DNA of 58,970 nucleotides, the filler included, from Sphacelaria rigidula (taxonomy: Eukaryota), in NCBI GenBank assembly GCA_964200075.2. It is 8 parts of 8 records of this genome, joined end to end, with 100 filler letters (N's around TTAATTAATTAA, not from the genome) between each part and the next. Parts side by side here need not be neighbours in the genome. Positions count along the whole stretch, not along the records: positions 7,386 to 14,669 come from CAXNAA020015632.1; positions 14,770 to 22,053 come from CAXNAA020015633.1; positions 22,154 to 29,437 come from CAXNAA020015634.1; 5 more parts are not named here. One strand, 5' to 3'. A program made the position numbers and the translations under genes. Below are positions 11,380 to 23,790 of this stretch, piece by piece. The notes beneath the pieces were generated by a model. The model was not told the origin of the DNA. It saw nothing but the letters and a program-made list of their open reading frames with translations, and did no database searches. Position 1 is the first letter of the stretch. Every line of letters begins with the position of its first letter.

Positions 11380-12330
11380 GACCGATTGGTAAGTCCTACT
11401 TGTGGTTCGCAAAACCTACCCAATACAGTAGTCGCATACGTGTCATCATGGTGGACAGCTGAAGAGCGTGACATGGCCGGATTTGTGTTCGAGGCCATCG
11501 TGATGGCGCTAAGGGCGAAAAGGTCCCTCGAACAATCAGTACCCTTCAAACTGTTCTGAAATCGAAAATACGAATTCAAAGCCCAAATATCACCCCATCT
11601 CCACATGCTTCAAATCGCAGTATCACCATCAGCTCGGGAATCTAGCGGAAAAAACAGATTTAAAGGCGATTACTACGAGGTCGAGTTATTCCTGAAACCG
11701 TGGTGTTTCGCTGATGTGGGGTTTTGGCGTCGTCTTGTTTCCACGGTTGATACGCACCAAAGACTCAGGGAGCCTCGTGGCGGTTTCCCTTCGGAGAGAA
11801 GTTTAGATCACCCTTAAACTGGCAATCCCGTAGGTACTAACCCTTTTGGAACCCATTGACGATTCTTGTTTTTGTGAATCGGCATCCTTTTCAGTTATCT
11901 TCAATTCAAAATGATGTTGACTCACAAAACAAAAATCGTCAATGGCTTCCCAAAGGGTTGGTGCTCCAAATGAAAAATCGTATTCTTGACGTGTTTCAAA
12001 GTTTTTCCGTTCTCTATCGACTTCCAGAGGTCCCAATGTGAACACCCTCGGAAAACGGTGCAGGATGTCTCGAAAGAAAAATAATAACATGATGCATCAC
12101 GGGCTAGTCCAAGGAACATATGTACAAAGTTTGGTCAGGAAAATCGAAAACTCCATGCAGTTTTCTCCTCCTGAAGTTGAGCACACCAAAAAGAGACGTT
12201 TTAATACTAAGCCAAAGTACTTGGGAGTTTACACGTCTCAAGCTCACGTGATCGCACAAACGCGCAAATCTTCACGCCGTTTTTAGGAGCTCGACGTTGA
12301 AACTTTTCACAAATGTGCTATAGTTCATTA
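11380..12330 (+). repeat. Interspersed non-coding repeat (~0.9 kb), unclassified
   Basis: Colinear, diverged reverse-strand copy at ~22930-23790. Shared blocks include 'gtgacat.gccggattt.tgttc.aggc', 'cgaattc.aagcccaa' and 'ccaaggaacat.tgtac'. Confidence 0.7.
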
Positions 12331-13059
12331 CGCAGCTTTTAGTGAGAAGTATTTTCTTTTTACTTCCTGGCTTTTTCTCCGTTTTTCGGTGGTCTAACGG
12401 GATTCATGTTTCCCTCAAAGCCCTGGGACCTTGGAAGAACGGTGCAAAAGTCGAGAAAGCAATTACACCTCCACTTTCAAAAGTTGCGTAATGACCCGTA
12501 GCAAAATTGATCAAAATGCCAGGGCCTAACTCCAACAAACGGCGTGAAGCTTTGCGGATGAACGTTTTCATGTTGATAAGCGTGAACCAGCCTCCATCAT
12601 GCAGAGGATCACCACAGAGCACGAGAGTAGCTTTTTTAGCGAGAAGTAAAAGTGACCACCTCTGTCTGCGGTACACCGACGGTGAAAACATGCCGGGAAT
12701 ATGCCGTTCCGGTCGACCTTGTGGAACGATCAACCCTCAGTATACTTACGGCGTTGCCGAAACGTACAGAACGGAGCGCAATGCTGTGCATGCCGTGTGG
12801 TTACGAGCTGGGCCGACCTAGACGCGGGCTTGACCCTTTTGGAACCGTCGATGGAAAAGTGATGATTCACAACTGACGTTTTCTTGGGCAAGGTAAAGCT
12901 GTTTTTGTCCAACTGATGATGATGCAGCACACCAAAACGGCGCATCACTCTGACTTCAAGTCTACTAATGTGACAAATTCGTGCACCGAACTTGAAGTAA
13001 CATTTTCCCGATGACGAAAACTCGCACATGGGAATTTGTACTGTTTTTCGCGAGTTTCA

Positions 13060-13185
13060 GAAGGGTTAAGCTCTCAAAACAATGTCTCATCTACACAGAC
13101 GAGTTGGGCCGTGATCCGCATGTCGTATTAATCGTCTGATCAAGAGGAAGATGCCCATCTGCTCAAAAGTTTGAACCAATTTTCT
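13060..13185 (+). repeat. Interspersed repeat fragment
   Basis: 'gggccgtgatc.gca..tcgtattaa.cgtctgatca...ggaag.tgccc...tgctcaaaag' is shared with 29240-29380. The motif 'cgagctgggccg' also occurs at ~12805 and ~41368. Confidence 0.6.
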
Positions 13186-14769
13186 CGTTGACTAAACCCC
13201 ATCTCTAGTGACTTCTATACCGTACGGAGATAGCGTCTATACTAAAGTCTTCAGACTCTTTTGTCTTCGGTGAAAATTTCGGGGGATGTATGCAGTGAAG
13301 GTCCCGACCACAACGGGGCTGGTTCCAGCTGAAAAAATACGCGATGACTGATCTTTGCCGGTGTTCATCTATATACATGTTCAAGTTATTGCAGAACTAT
13401 AATATCCGACAAACTCAAGATTTTTTTCGTACACAGTCCGCCAAAATTCCTGTTGTGAAGTCTCGACCACAAGGCCACTTGTGATGTGCAAAATATTTAT
13501 TTTGTTGGCAGATGTCTTCTTGGCATTTCTCTGTCGATTTTCACCCGACAAGAGGGTTGGGCGGATGATGGCACCTCAGAATAACAAGCTTTATTCATTG
13601 ACACCGTTCTAGAGCACCTTGATCACCGCCGCAACACTTTTTTCAGCCGAACCTGCATTCTCAATCACGGTGGCGGTCACGTGACAAGAAAAAATAAGGA
13701 TCAACGCATCTTTGCGTTTAGTGTACGTGACAGTTTCGTTTACGGCCGAACTTGCAATTTTAATAACAAACGGTCAAGTTGTTGAAAAAACGGGCATTTT
13801 TTGCTTTATTCGTGTTACTGAGTTGACCGCTTCTTACTGAGATTTCGAGTTCGGCCACGAATAGAACCGTGACATGACCCTTGAACGGAAAAAGCGCTGT
13901 AGAACGACTGAATAAGTCGCGTTGACACACACCCACACTGAGGTGCCGTTTCGGATCTGCGCGATACCTCAGTCCACGTTGCTTATCGTTGTGGACACCG
14001 TTAGAACGAGTAACCATCGGAGGGTGAGGCACCGCACCCTAGACTCGACGCGCTCGCGGACCCTGCACATGTTGCCATCGTTCTAGGTGGCGGGTCGCCA
14101 AAGGAGTGCGGATAGGACGGCGGTAACTCACCGCATCTGTGATAGGCGGCGTAACCGCACCTCGTGTATCTTTCGACAGTTCCTGTTCGACAGTTCACTA
14201 CTGCATTGTCCACTTTTGAGGTGTTATTACTGTGTTTGTGGGTTTCTCCACCGTGTCTAAACCAGCCGGCTTCAAACTTGGCACAGAGGTAGAGCACAAC
14301 ACAGACACTATATACCCCGTTCGGCGGCACGTGTTGGGGGGTGCGCAGTAAGCACGGAGCGAATACGGATTTTGGGCAATGCCGTCCATACGCCCTCAAA
14401 ACAGCGTCTCCGCCGTCCAGACTGCTCGAGACATCGCTGGACGCATTTGTTGACACGCGGGGTGCGCTCACTTCGACGCCATGACCTACTAGGCGCCTTT
14501 TGCACCGCCAAAACAAACATCTGTCTGTAGTGACACACATACTGGATCACGACATCCTGCGCGGTACTAATATTCGCATTGCCTGTGACACTTTCTACGA
14601 TAGCCCCCCCCCAAAAAAACAGCTAAAAGTGTCACGAAAAAAATGGCCATACAGCGCCTGATGTTCGGGNNNNNNNNNNNNNNNNNNNNNNNNNNNNNNN
14701 NNNNNNNNNNNNNTTAATTAATTAANNNNNNNNNNNNNNNNNNNNNNNNNNNNNNNNNNNNNNNNNNNN

Positions 14770-17700
14770 TGCGAGTTGGTCTTCGGTCTTGACGTAACGA
14801 ATGCCGATCCTTCCCTCCTTGACTAATTCCTGAATGAAGAAGTACCGTAGAGCTACGTGCTTGACTCTCGAGCTGTAAGTTCGGTTGCCTGCGACGTGGA
14901 GAGTTGAAGTGTTGTCGATGTAGACCGGAACGGAGTCGAAGCGTGTGCCAAATCCCAGCTCCCGCATCATATTCGAGCAAAGTATGCCTTCCTTCATGGT
15001 GAGTGCAGCGGCCAGGAGTTCTGCTTCCATCGTCGATTGCGCCGTTAATCCTTGTCGTCCTATCTTAAAACTGAAGAAGCCATTCGAGCGAAAGAGAAGA
15101 TATGATGATGTTGATTTCCCGTTGTCGGGGTTGTCGCCCCAGTTCGCCTCTGAAAAAGCCGTCAATTGAAAACCACCCTGGTTGTAGGTGATCTTATGAT
15201 CCGTCATGCCGGCCGAATATCGAAGTAAGTGTTTTGCAGCTGCCACATGCGCCTTCGACGGTTTGGACGTTGCCCGTGCCAGTTGATTCACGCCGTATCC
15301 AATGTCGTAGCGGGTCACTCGAGCGAGATACATCACACTACCTGTGATGGGCTGGTAGCGCTGTTTGTCCTCCTCGTTGAGTATTTTTCCCCTCCGCTGG
15401 TCCAGTGACAGTGCTTGTCCCGCCCCAGGAGTGCACGCTGGGTTGCCGTTCGCTATCTCGTATCGTTCCTGGAGAGACTTGTTGTAATTTGTGTGGCTGG
15501 TGTTGACTCTCTTGCTATTACGGTCACGAACAGCCTCCATTCCCAGCACTAACGATACATCTCCCATACCCATCATGAAAAAACGTCCCATTAGTTTATG
15601 TGTGATTATTTCCAGCACATTCTTGTCAGTCTGCCACCGCTCCAGGTTGTACCCCCAAACTACTACCGACATCATGCGAATACGCTGAATCCTGCAGATC
15701 GGAATAACCCACGCAACCGAAACCGGGGACTTGTTCCCAGCCCAGCACTCCGACTCGAACCTTGTGGCAGCAGCAGCAGGAGCGGTAGCAGCAGCAGTAG
15801 TAGTAGTAGTAGTAGTAGTTGTTGTTGTTGTTGTTAATGGTGATGATAAGGATGATGTTGTTGTTGATGTTGTTGTTGATGATGTTGCCATCGTTGTTGT
15901 TGTTTCCTGTAGTTGCGGGTTGCCATGCGTACACATGTCACCATGAAGTGAGTGTCGATGATAATGGGTGAGCGATGGTTATGCGAGCCGTATCACCGTG
16001 TGTTCGCCAAATCCGTCCCGTGGGTGTGTCACGAGTTTCTCCGTCAGTGTACCACCCTGCGGAGGACCATCGTGCGGAAGCGTCCCTCTACGAGTCGGGG
16101 CACCGTCGTGCATATCTCGCCTGGTGATGACGCCGATTCTCCCCAGAAGCTCGCCCCCTTGTGAATGTTTAGTACCCCCGCTAACCAATCGTCCTCCGAT
16201 TGGCTCGGGAGATAGTTCCTGAGTGCCCCCATTGGTATGGATGAACGCCTTGGCCTCAATGACTCGAGGATGTCTTTGATCTGGTTTTCTCCCCAGCAGC
16301 ATCTTGCGCAGACACTGCATTCTTAGCCCGGAGTGCGGTGCCCTGTTTGCAAGGTAGTATGCCCTGAGCATTGATTCGCCCCAGGTAAAAGTCGGTAAAC
16401 CGCTGTCGGCAAGCATGCACCGGACCATGGCTGCAAGCGTCCTCCCTACGCGTTTTGATAGGCCGATTCGTTGTGGTGTATTGGTGCTCGCAAACTCTAG
16501 CAATATGCCTGTCTGCCGGCAGTACGTTCTGAGATCGTTGCCAATAACTCACTCCCTTTGTCTGCCCTGAGTCGTTCGAGCCGAACGCCGCCGGTCCCAC
16601 TCATGGTCATGACAAGTTGATGGCTTTTTCCAACAGCACGAATATTCCAGTCTGCGACAGTTCCACCCAAGCCCACCCCGTTACTTTCGACGGTTTTGAG
16701 AAGGTTCAAACTGTTGATAATCAAGTGCCCCATCCACCGGTGCCACAGCGTTGCGGCGTCTGCAGCTTGCATAGCCAGTACAGGCGCGTCGTTGCCGTTG
16801 CTTACTTCTAGAGGAAAGAAGTACAGGTCACTCTCCAGCTCCTGCAGCGGACTGGTGAAGTTGTCTGTCTCCAGTCTTGGGTTGTTTACTTCGAAAATAG
16901 ACACAACTCCGCTGCGTGTCGCTTGCTTGACGGAGGACAGATTCCGTCCCAAGCCAAACATCAAACCAGACATAATGAACCACGGCTGTTACGGCCAGCG
17001 CACGGACTATTGGGGAGAGTGCCTCCTTGATTCCCCCAAATATGTTGTGAGCCCTGCGCCGGAACTCCAGACCCCCGGCCTCCTCGGTCCCGTCCGTCCC
17101 TTCGAAGGCACCGAAAAGTCCACTGCTGTCAAATGAAGCAACGGCTTCGTTTGTTGGAGCAAACGGCCAAAGGTTGTCCGTTTCCCGGGGATCGTGTGTT
17201 CTGGGCGTCTCTAGGGCATTGAAGAAAATGGCCGGGGTCTGCTCCCTTGCATCGGTGACTGATGGATAACCTAACCATTGCGCGAGATTTGCTGCTTACT
17301 GGTTGTTTGCTGCCTGCTGGTTGCGCCGTTGGAAGAAACGGCACTCTTTGTCGCTGCGGGTTGTTGACATGTGGAAGGAGCACCACTTACTATATGTCCC
17401 CTTATTCTTGTCTCCCCTTCAGAGCTTGGGTCGCGTTTCGAGCGGGGCAATTTCTTTTGACGTGGCCTCGCTTTCCGCGGCGGAAACACACTGTGCGATT
17501 TCTTCTTCTGTCACCAGTTTCACCGGCCTGCATGACGACCCCGCGACCTGCGACCAATTTGATGGCATCTGGACGAGAGAGATAGTCGGTATACATGGTG
17601 CTGACCATGCATCGGAGATCCGCCAAATTAAAATCACGCCTCTCGCAGCTAGCAACACGAACCCTTTCGTACTCGGCAGGCGGGGCTCGGAGAATAATGT

Positions 17701-18400
17701 CCTCGTACCGCTCGTCGGGTATACGTTGTCCCATTTCATCTAGGCGATCACGGTAGCCGTCCATGATGAACAGGAAGTCTTCCGGGTCATCTCCGGACTG
17801 CATCGTTGTGTTGTGGAGTTTGTCGTGGAACTCTCTTCGTGCCTCTTTGCTGTTGCCGTCAAATTTGTTGTGCCGCGCTGCCCACGCTGCCTGTCCGTTC
17901 GCAATCCCACGCTGATTTTTCCGTGCTAAAAAACAGAATACTAAACAGTCACACGGTCCCACGCCACTGAAGTTGTCGTACAACAGGGTGGTTGATCACC
18001 ATTGATTACGGTGGGCCTGGGTCTTCGCCGCCCCTGCAGGATTTCTGCGGCCGCACTGTGGTGAAGGGACAGGATCAACCGGAGTTAATCTTTGAATTTC
18101 CGGAAACTCGCTTTGTCTCTGCCATCAAACTTTGGACAGAGTTTCAGTACCCCTCGAATACCCTCATTGCCCGCCATGTGAATCCTGTTCGTTGCTGTGC
18201 TCTAACGTCACGAGTAAAGATAAAAAGGGTGTTCAAGTACAGGTTCCCCACCACACAATCGGCTTGCTCACCGCCGCTTGAGTTGTCGGTAGCGCAAAAA
18301 CAAACGTATGCAGATGAGCAGCAATGGGAAAGGTCCCCCACCGCTGCAGCGTCCTCCGAAGATGCCACTTAACTTTAACACCTGGAATCTTCTCGACAGA
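14770..18400 (-). mobile_element. Degenerate Ty1/Copia LTR retrotransposon (gag, integrase, RT/RNase H), truncated at the spacer
   Basis: Gag with a decayed zinc knuckle (CFRRGKRGHVKRNCP, ~17450-17490), gag-pre-integrase LWHRWMGH (~16730), integrase RLRADKGSE and TPQRIGLSKRVGRTL (~16430-16580), then RT/RNase H GSVMYLARVTRYDI, FSEANWG, QSTMEAE, YIDN and KHVALRYFF (14770-15600). This is Copia domain order, with many frameshifts and deletions. Confidence 0.92.
15765..15905 (+). repeat. Compound trinucleotide microsatellite (GCA/GTA/GTT/GAT) inside the Copia element
   Basis: Seen directly. It produces the poly-T/A/N stretches in the ORF track. Confidence 0.85.
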
Positions 18401-19249
18401 ATATTGATACAGGATGTTGCAATCAGCGCAGCGGCTGTGCACTTAGCAACTACACGCTTACCATTTTCCCTACAAGGATCCGACTACTGACTGTCTCCCC
18501 AGGTCAGCCGTGATGTCAGGCGCGCTTTTGTCGATTCAAATTCCAAACATAGATCACGCACACTACTCGGTTCCGGTTGTGGTCCCCTTCTGTAGTGCCA
18601 GACGAGAACAGATGCGTGCCGTCGCTGTTGCAGGGTTACTACCGTACCGTATTCTACGATTGTCCCGCGTTTTCAAAATCACGTATATTACCAGGTGCGC
18701 ACAGAAAAGTGCCGATCCCACTTCATGACACACTGTCGCAGTGCCAGTGTCAGACCCACACAGGTGTAGTGCCGTCTTTACGTTGACTCAACTCACGTTA
18801 TTTTCCAGCAATTTGTTTTCCTTTTTGCTGCTGTCTTCCTTCTTTCAAAGTTCTCTCCGTGCATTCCAGCGACGAGGCTCATTAAACCTGTTAGAAAAGT
18901 GTCGCGATGATCCCTTTGACGTGATCGCTAGAATTTGCGCAATGGCACTTAAGCCAAGCAAGCAAACAAGCTGCTTTGGAGTGTAGACAGAAGATGATGT
19001 TCAAGGTGCCTCTTGCGGGCAAGACAGTCAAAACTAAACAGCTATAAAAACCGCTCTGGGCACGCAGACGCGTGTGTTATCTGATGTGCCGTGTTAAATT
19101 AATATTTGGAAATGGGTTCATTGCGGATTCGGCTCTGAAGGCGTTCGCGACCTGCACGCTCCTTTTTGCCTACCCCGCCTGCGAAAAGGCCGTGTCACCG
19201 AAGCGTGGCGCCCCATAAAAAGACGGGTGGCCAGGACTAATAATTCATG

Positions 19250-19760
19250 TTGTTCGAACAGAAGGTGGGTAACATTTACGTATGATCCTTGCCGCATGAA
19301 TGGGAATTGAGGAACATGTGCGCTTAATCCATCTCGTACAGTTGAAAGGTGGGGCACTTCTACGTACGATTTGTGCTGCATGAATGAAAATTGGGAAACA
19401 CGTACGCCTGATTAACCTCGTATTGATGGAAGGTGGGGAATATGCGCCAATAGTTCATGCTGCATGGATGGAAGGGGAGGAATATATACCTGTGATTCAC
19501 TGCGTATGAAAAGGAAGTGGGAAGTATGTGCTCATGACTCATGGTGCATGAACGGAAATCGGAAAACGCGCACCTATGATTCATACCATACGAATGGAAG
19601 GCAGGAAAAAACGTGTATCGACCTGCGACGGTGTACCGCACGAATCACGAACTGGGAATGTGTACATCCATTTAGCGTCGCAAGAATCACGGACCTAAAA
19701 CAGTTACGAGTTACAACCTGTGTACGAACCATGTGATTGATTCGTACACAGGTTTAATAT
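19250..19760 (+). repeat. Degenerate tandem array (~43-bp unit) belonging to an interspersed element
   Basis: Recurrent 'tgcatgaatggaa.gtggg.aa.a..t.cgc.tatgatt' units. The 3' end (acct.cgacg.tgta.cgcacgaa.cacgaactgg.aatgt) recurs at ~44880-45015. Confidence 0.65.
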
Positions 19761-20189
19761 GGATCGAATGGCGATTTAAGTCGTCCGTGTAATGCGTGAG
19801 AGGACCGCGTGCTTCGAGGACAGCGCCGTAGTCAATAACACCCCAGGATCGATGTTTTTCGAAACCAATCGGGCCAGTCCCTGCAGGAACCACGCCCCTG
19901 ACCCGAACCAAAACACTAACCCTAACCCTAACCCCAACCATAAGAATGTTCAAACTCAGATGCGGTCCCCTAAGCACGCGGTCCTCTCACGCAGTACAGT
20001 CCGAACCGTGAACACTTGTTCACTTTCTTGCTGGATTCAATACCCGAAACTATCGATCAAGCCGTCATCGAGAATATGTGCAACGAACGACAGCGCCGTC
20101 ACTTGGAGACCCACCAAGCCCAACTGAAACTAAGGACGCCCCAAACACTATATCTAACGGTAAAGCGACGAGCCCGTATGGTCTACTTG

Positions 20190-21600
20190 CTCAACGTTTC
20201 AGCCTCGGATGCGTCGAGGAGCCTTCGGATATCTGTACCACTTCCACGGCATCATCGCTGCGATCTGGACATCTGGTGAAATGCTGCAGGAGTGGAAAGA
20301 CGCCACTATCAAAATATTACACGAGAAGGATAAGGCCGGTTGTGGCAAGCACATGGGCATTTCCCTCGTGGCACATGCTGTCGAAGTTCTTCTCAAAATC
20401 GTGACAACAGGCTCGGTAGCTTCTGTCAGGAGGCGAGAGGTTTCGGCAAGAACCGTGCGGGTTGCGACGCCAATGATCGACCACCGACATAATGTTTGTG
20501 GTACACCGACTACAGTAGTTGGGACGGGCGAGCAAGGTGCAACTAAACATGTGCTTTATCGACCCACAAAGGGCCTAAGAATCAATAAACCACACGCTCC
20601 GGTAGGGGGTCTTGCCGCAGGTGATACAGGTTATCTGCATGTGTCACGATAGCATGCGATCTCGGGTACAGTTGGATGATGGCAAACTATGGACACGGTT
20701 CCATGTCTGTCGGGGACTCAGGCAAGGATGCGTTTTGTCCCCGTTATTGTTCAGCATCTTGGGCGCGAATTTGTTGGACGGGATCGTGCGGGGGTTCGCG
20801 ACGAACCCTGCCATCGTCTCAGACTTGGTTTTCTATATAATACTTCTGCGCCAGAAGGTGGCGATGGTGAATCTCTGAGGACGGTGCGGCGCGCGATGTG
20901 AGCAATACTATTTGCGGATGACACAGGTAATCCTCAGGTCCACAGACGAGCTTGCTAGAACGATGGCGGCTAGGTGGCATGTCAGGACTACGCAGACGAT
21001 ATCGGACAGCAAGACAGGGCTCATGCGCCTCTGGTCAGTACGCAGCTCCGCAGAGATTGCATGACACATCGAGGCAGCATGCCAACGGTATGGACAGACG
21101 ACTAAGTTTGTCAAACTTGTGGTGCTGCCAGCGCAGATGCGAATATTTCCATCGAAATCAACCGCTGCATCAGCGCTGCGTGCGCACACCTCCGAACATA
21201 TAGTTCTCAATCTATGATCGGCCCAACGCCCAGCTACCCCTGGCAATAATCCGGCTTCTTGAAACGAAGGTGATGGAACATAAGCTGTACGGATGTGTTG
21301 CATGGACGCTGGGTCCTGAGGGCTTCGAATGTCCGCGCTCTACTCTCGGCAAGATTTTGCTGCGAGTGCTTAGATTCCGCGGGAATGAGGGAACTGGCTA
21401 TGGTACTCTCTCGTACAGAGACGTGCTCGAGAGGGACTAGTGCAAACGTATCGAGACGACTATCCGCAAGCGCCAACTTTAGTTCGTGGGGGGGCTTGTC
21501 CAGCAGGACGGAACACCTCTTCCACAGCGCATCATGCCCGGACGGTTAGCCGAACAAGGACCCGAACAGGCTGGTCATACCCGCCAAATACTGGAGGGAC
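20190..21600 (+). mobile_element. Degenerate non-LTR retrotransposon (LINE, RTE-like) reverse transcriptase
   Basis: [40 protein letters not shown], then GLRQGCVLSPLLF (~20712-20752) and LFADD (~20908-20922), in shifting frames. Confidence 0.88.
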
Positions 21601-22369
21601 CACCTCCAGGAGACCCATGTGGCTCTCGTAAAGTAAGCTAGCGAAAGGTACCACTCGTTTCTGTAGACTGCGCGGTGGGTGAGTCAAAGAGATCCGAGGT
21701 TGGGCTAGAGAAACCCAAGGCCGTTATATCGTATTATGCCAAGATACTGTACTGTACCTTGAGGTACGGTCAAACAAAACGACGCCCAAGAAAAGGGTGA
21801 GCTATATGGGTTTTTGTTCTTTGCAAAATAGAGCAATAAACAGGAATACGGCGCTGAGTTATTTATTTACACCGACAGAAGTTGATCTGTCTGATGCAAC
21901 TGTAGCAATGCTGTCTCTCTTTCTCTGAGATTGGAGCTGGTTAACTCCTTGAAGACCCGGGCCCCTAGTTTGACGCGTTGAGGGTATTCCGTGGCCCGTG
22001 GCGAAGGATAGATAGTTTTGTCTTTTGTATTATTGGAGAGTGCCTAGACTGAGNNNNNNNNNNNNNNNNNNNNNNNNNNNNNNNNNNNNNNNNNNNNTTA
22101 ATTAATTAANNNNNNNNNNNNNNNNNNNNNNNNNNNNNNNNNNNNNNNNNNNNCCCCACGCCATACCGACAAGACCGGTCATGGCCTTCGTCGGAGGACG
22201 GGGAACGGAGGTTTATTACTGTATTATCATCGAGTGAAGAATTAAGTCAAACTTCGACGATTGACAACGGAGATGGGTGCGGGGTGCCGGGTTGACAAAA
22301 GTTGCGCGGGCTCCATCTGCGTCAGCGCGGCACCCCGCACGTAGAGGCCGCCAGAGACAGAATGAAAGA

Positions 22370-22460
22370 AGGCAGGATATACCCGGCAAAATACCCGGGT
22401 AAACAGAAAACCGTAACCTATAAAACAAAACCTTGGGAATATCCAACGCCGAGACTCTAA
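22370..22460 (+). repeat. Fragment of a CGGGTA-rich interspersed repeat
   Basis: 'atacccgg.aaaatacc..g.gta.acagaaaaccgta.ccta.a.aaca.aaccttgg' is shared with 50370-50450. Confidence 0.65.
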
Positions 22461-22730
22461 TACTATCACGGTGCAGTTGCAGGCAGCAGGGGCTTTGAGG
22501 GGAACGAGCTCACCGCTGCCGCTCCGTGTGCATTGATGTTGTGTGTGTGTATGTAAACTTGCGCTCGTCTTGGTCACTTGACTGTGAAGAGTGGGTGTAC
22601 TGTGAAGAGTGGGGGGGGGAATCTGTACACCTACCACAAGATCAAGACACTATTCAACCACGCCGCCGTTTCTCGCCGCCTGTACGAGCTAGTTCAGATT
22701 GAACGCCCGAGACTCATTCCCCGGGATTTT

Positions 22731-22997
22731 TTCACGCCGTTTTTTCGAGTTAGACCACGAAAATTTGCACACACGTTTTTGAGAGCACTATATAAAACTC
22801 GAAGACCGGAATTTTTTCGTTTTTTCTTGGTGTCGAGATAGTCGGAATCTGATCCCTCCCCCGGTCAAGAAGGTCAACCGCGACCTTGGATAAAAAGCCA
22901 CCAATTTTTTTTCAAAACCCCGGTCTTCAAGTTTTAGATAGTGCCCTCCAGAACATGTGTGCAAATTTTCGCGGTCTAACTCGAAAAAATGGCGTGA
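22731..22997. repeat. Inverted repeat (~80-bp arms) at the end of the 0.9-kb interspersed repeat
   Basis: Arm 22731-22809 (tcacgccgttttttcgagttagaccacgaaaatttgcacac...gaagaccgg) is the reverse complement of 22920-22997. Confidence 0.7.
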
Positions 22998-23790
22998 GGA
23001 AATGCCAAAACGTTCGCTGAAGTATAAAAAAGTCTGTAATTACTTGATTAAAGTACAGAATCGCCCTTTTGGGGGGTTGTTTTCACGGTAAAAGACCCAG
23101 CCGATTCAGTTTTTCGAGTAGAGCAACGAAAACTGGTACACATGTTCCTTGGGATACCACCTAACCCTGAGATGTCAAAGTTTTGGTGTTGTGGCATTCT
23201 GTACCGGTTTCCTGAGGTCTTTGTGCTGGGACCCCCGGAAGCCGGTACAGAACGGAGAACCTTTGAAATATTGCCAATAATATGATTTTTCCATTTGGAG
23301 CATCAACACCTACGGAACTGCCAAGTTTGAGGATGATCTGAGCTTTTCTCCAACAGATGAAAGGGAAATCGTCTCGAGGCTCGGTGGGTCTTTCGTACGT
23401 ATCATGAGTGGAAATTCGACGACGCCAAAGCTCCACATCACCGAAACATTACGGTTTTGGGCGAAATTCGACCCCGTTGGAACCGTTTTCAAATCTGTTT
23501 CTCCCAATAGATTCCCAAGCTGATGATGGTTACTACAATTTGAACCATGTGGGGATTTGGTGGAAATTGGGCTTGGAATTCGTGTTCTCAACTTCGGAAA
23601 AATTTGGAGGGCGCTGATTGGTCGAGACGTATTTTTGTCCATAGCGCCACCGCTACAGCCTTGAACAAAAATCCGGCTATGTCACCCTTTTCGTCCGTTC
23701 ATTGCGGTCAGTATGATACCGCATTTGTGCATATTGGCTGGGTATTGCCTTTGTCATTAGCCGGGGAATAAGTTTTGGGTATTCATTCTG
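22930..23790 (-). repeat. Second copy of the ~0.9-kb interspersed repeat
   Basis: Reverse-strand homology to 11380-12330. Confidence 0.7.

Noticed and set aside
7386-14669. Protein-coding gene in segment 2
   Set aside because: Only short ORFs without recognisable motifs. The segment appears to be repeats and intergenic or intronic DNA.
18490-18800. 5' LTR of the Copia element
   Set aside because: The partner LTR is outside the fragment and no clear PBS or TG..CA boundary could be fixed.
19250-19700. CRISPR-like periodicity
   Set aside because: The units are degenerate tandem copies without unique spacers, there are no cas genes, and the context is eukaryotic.
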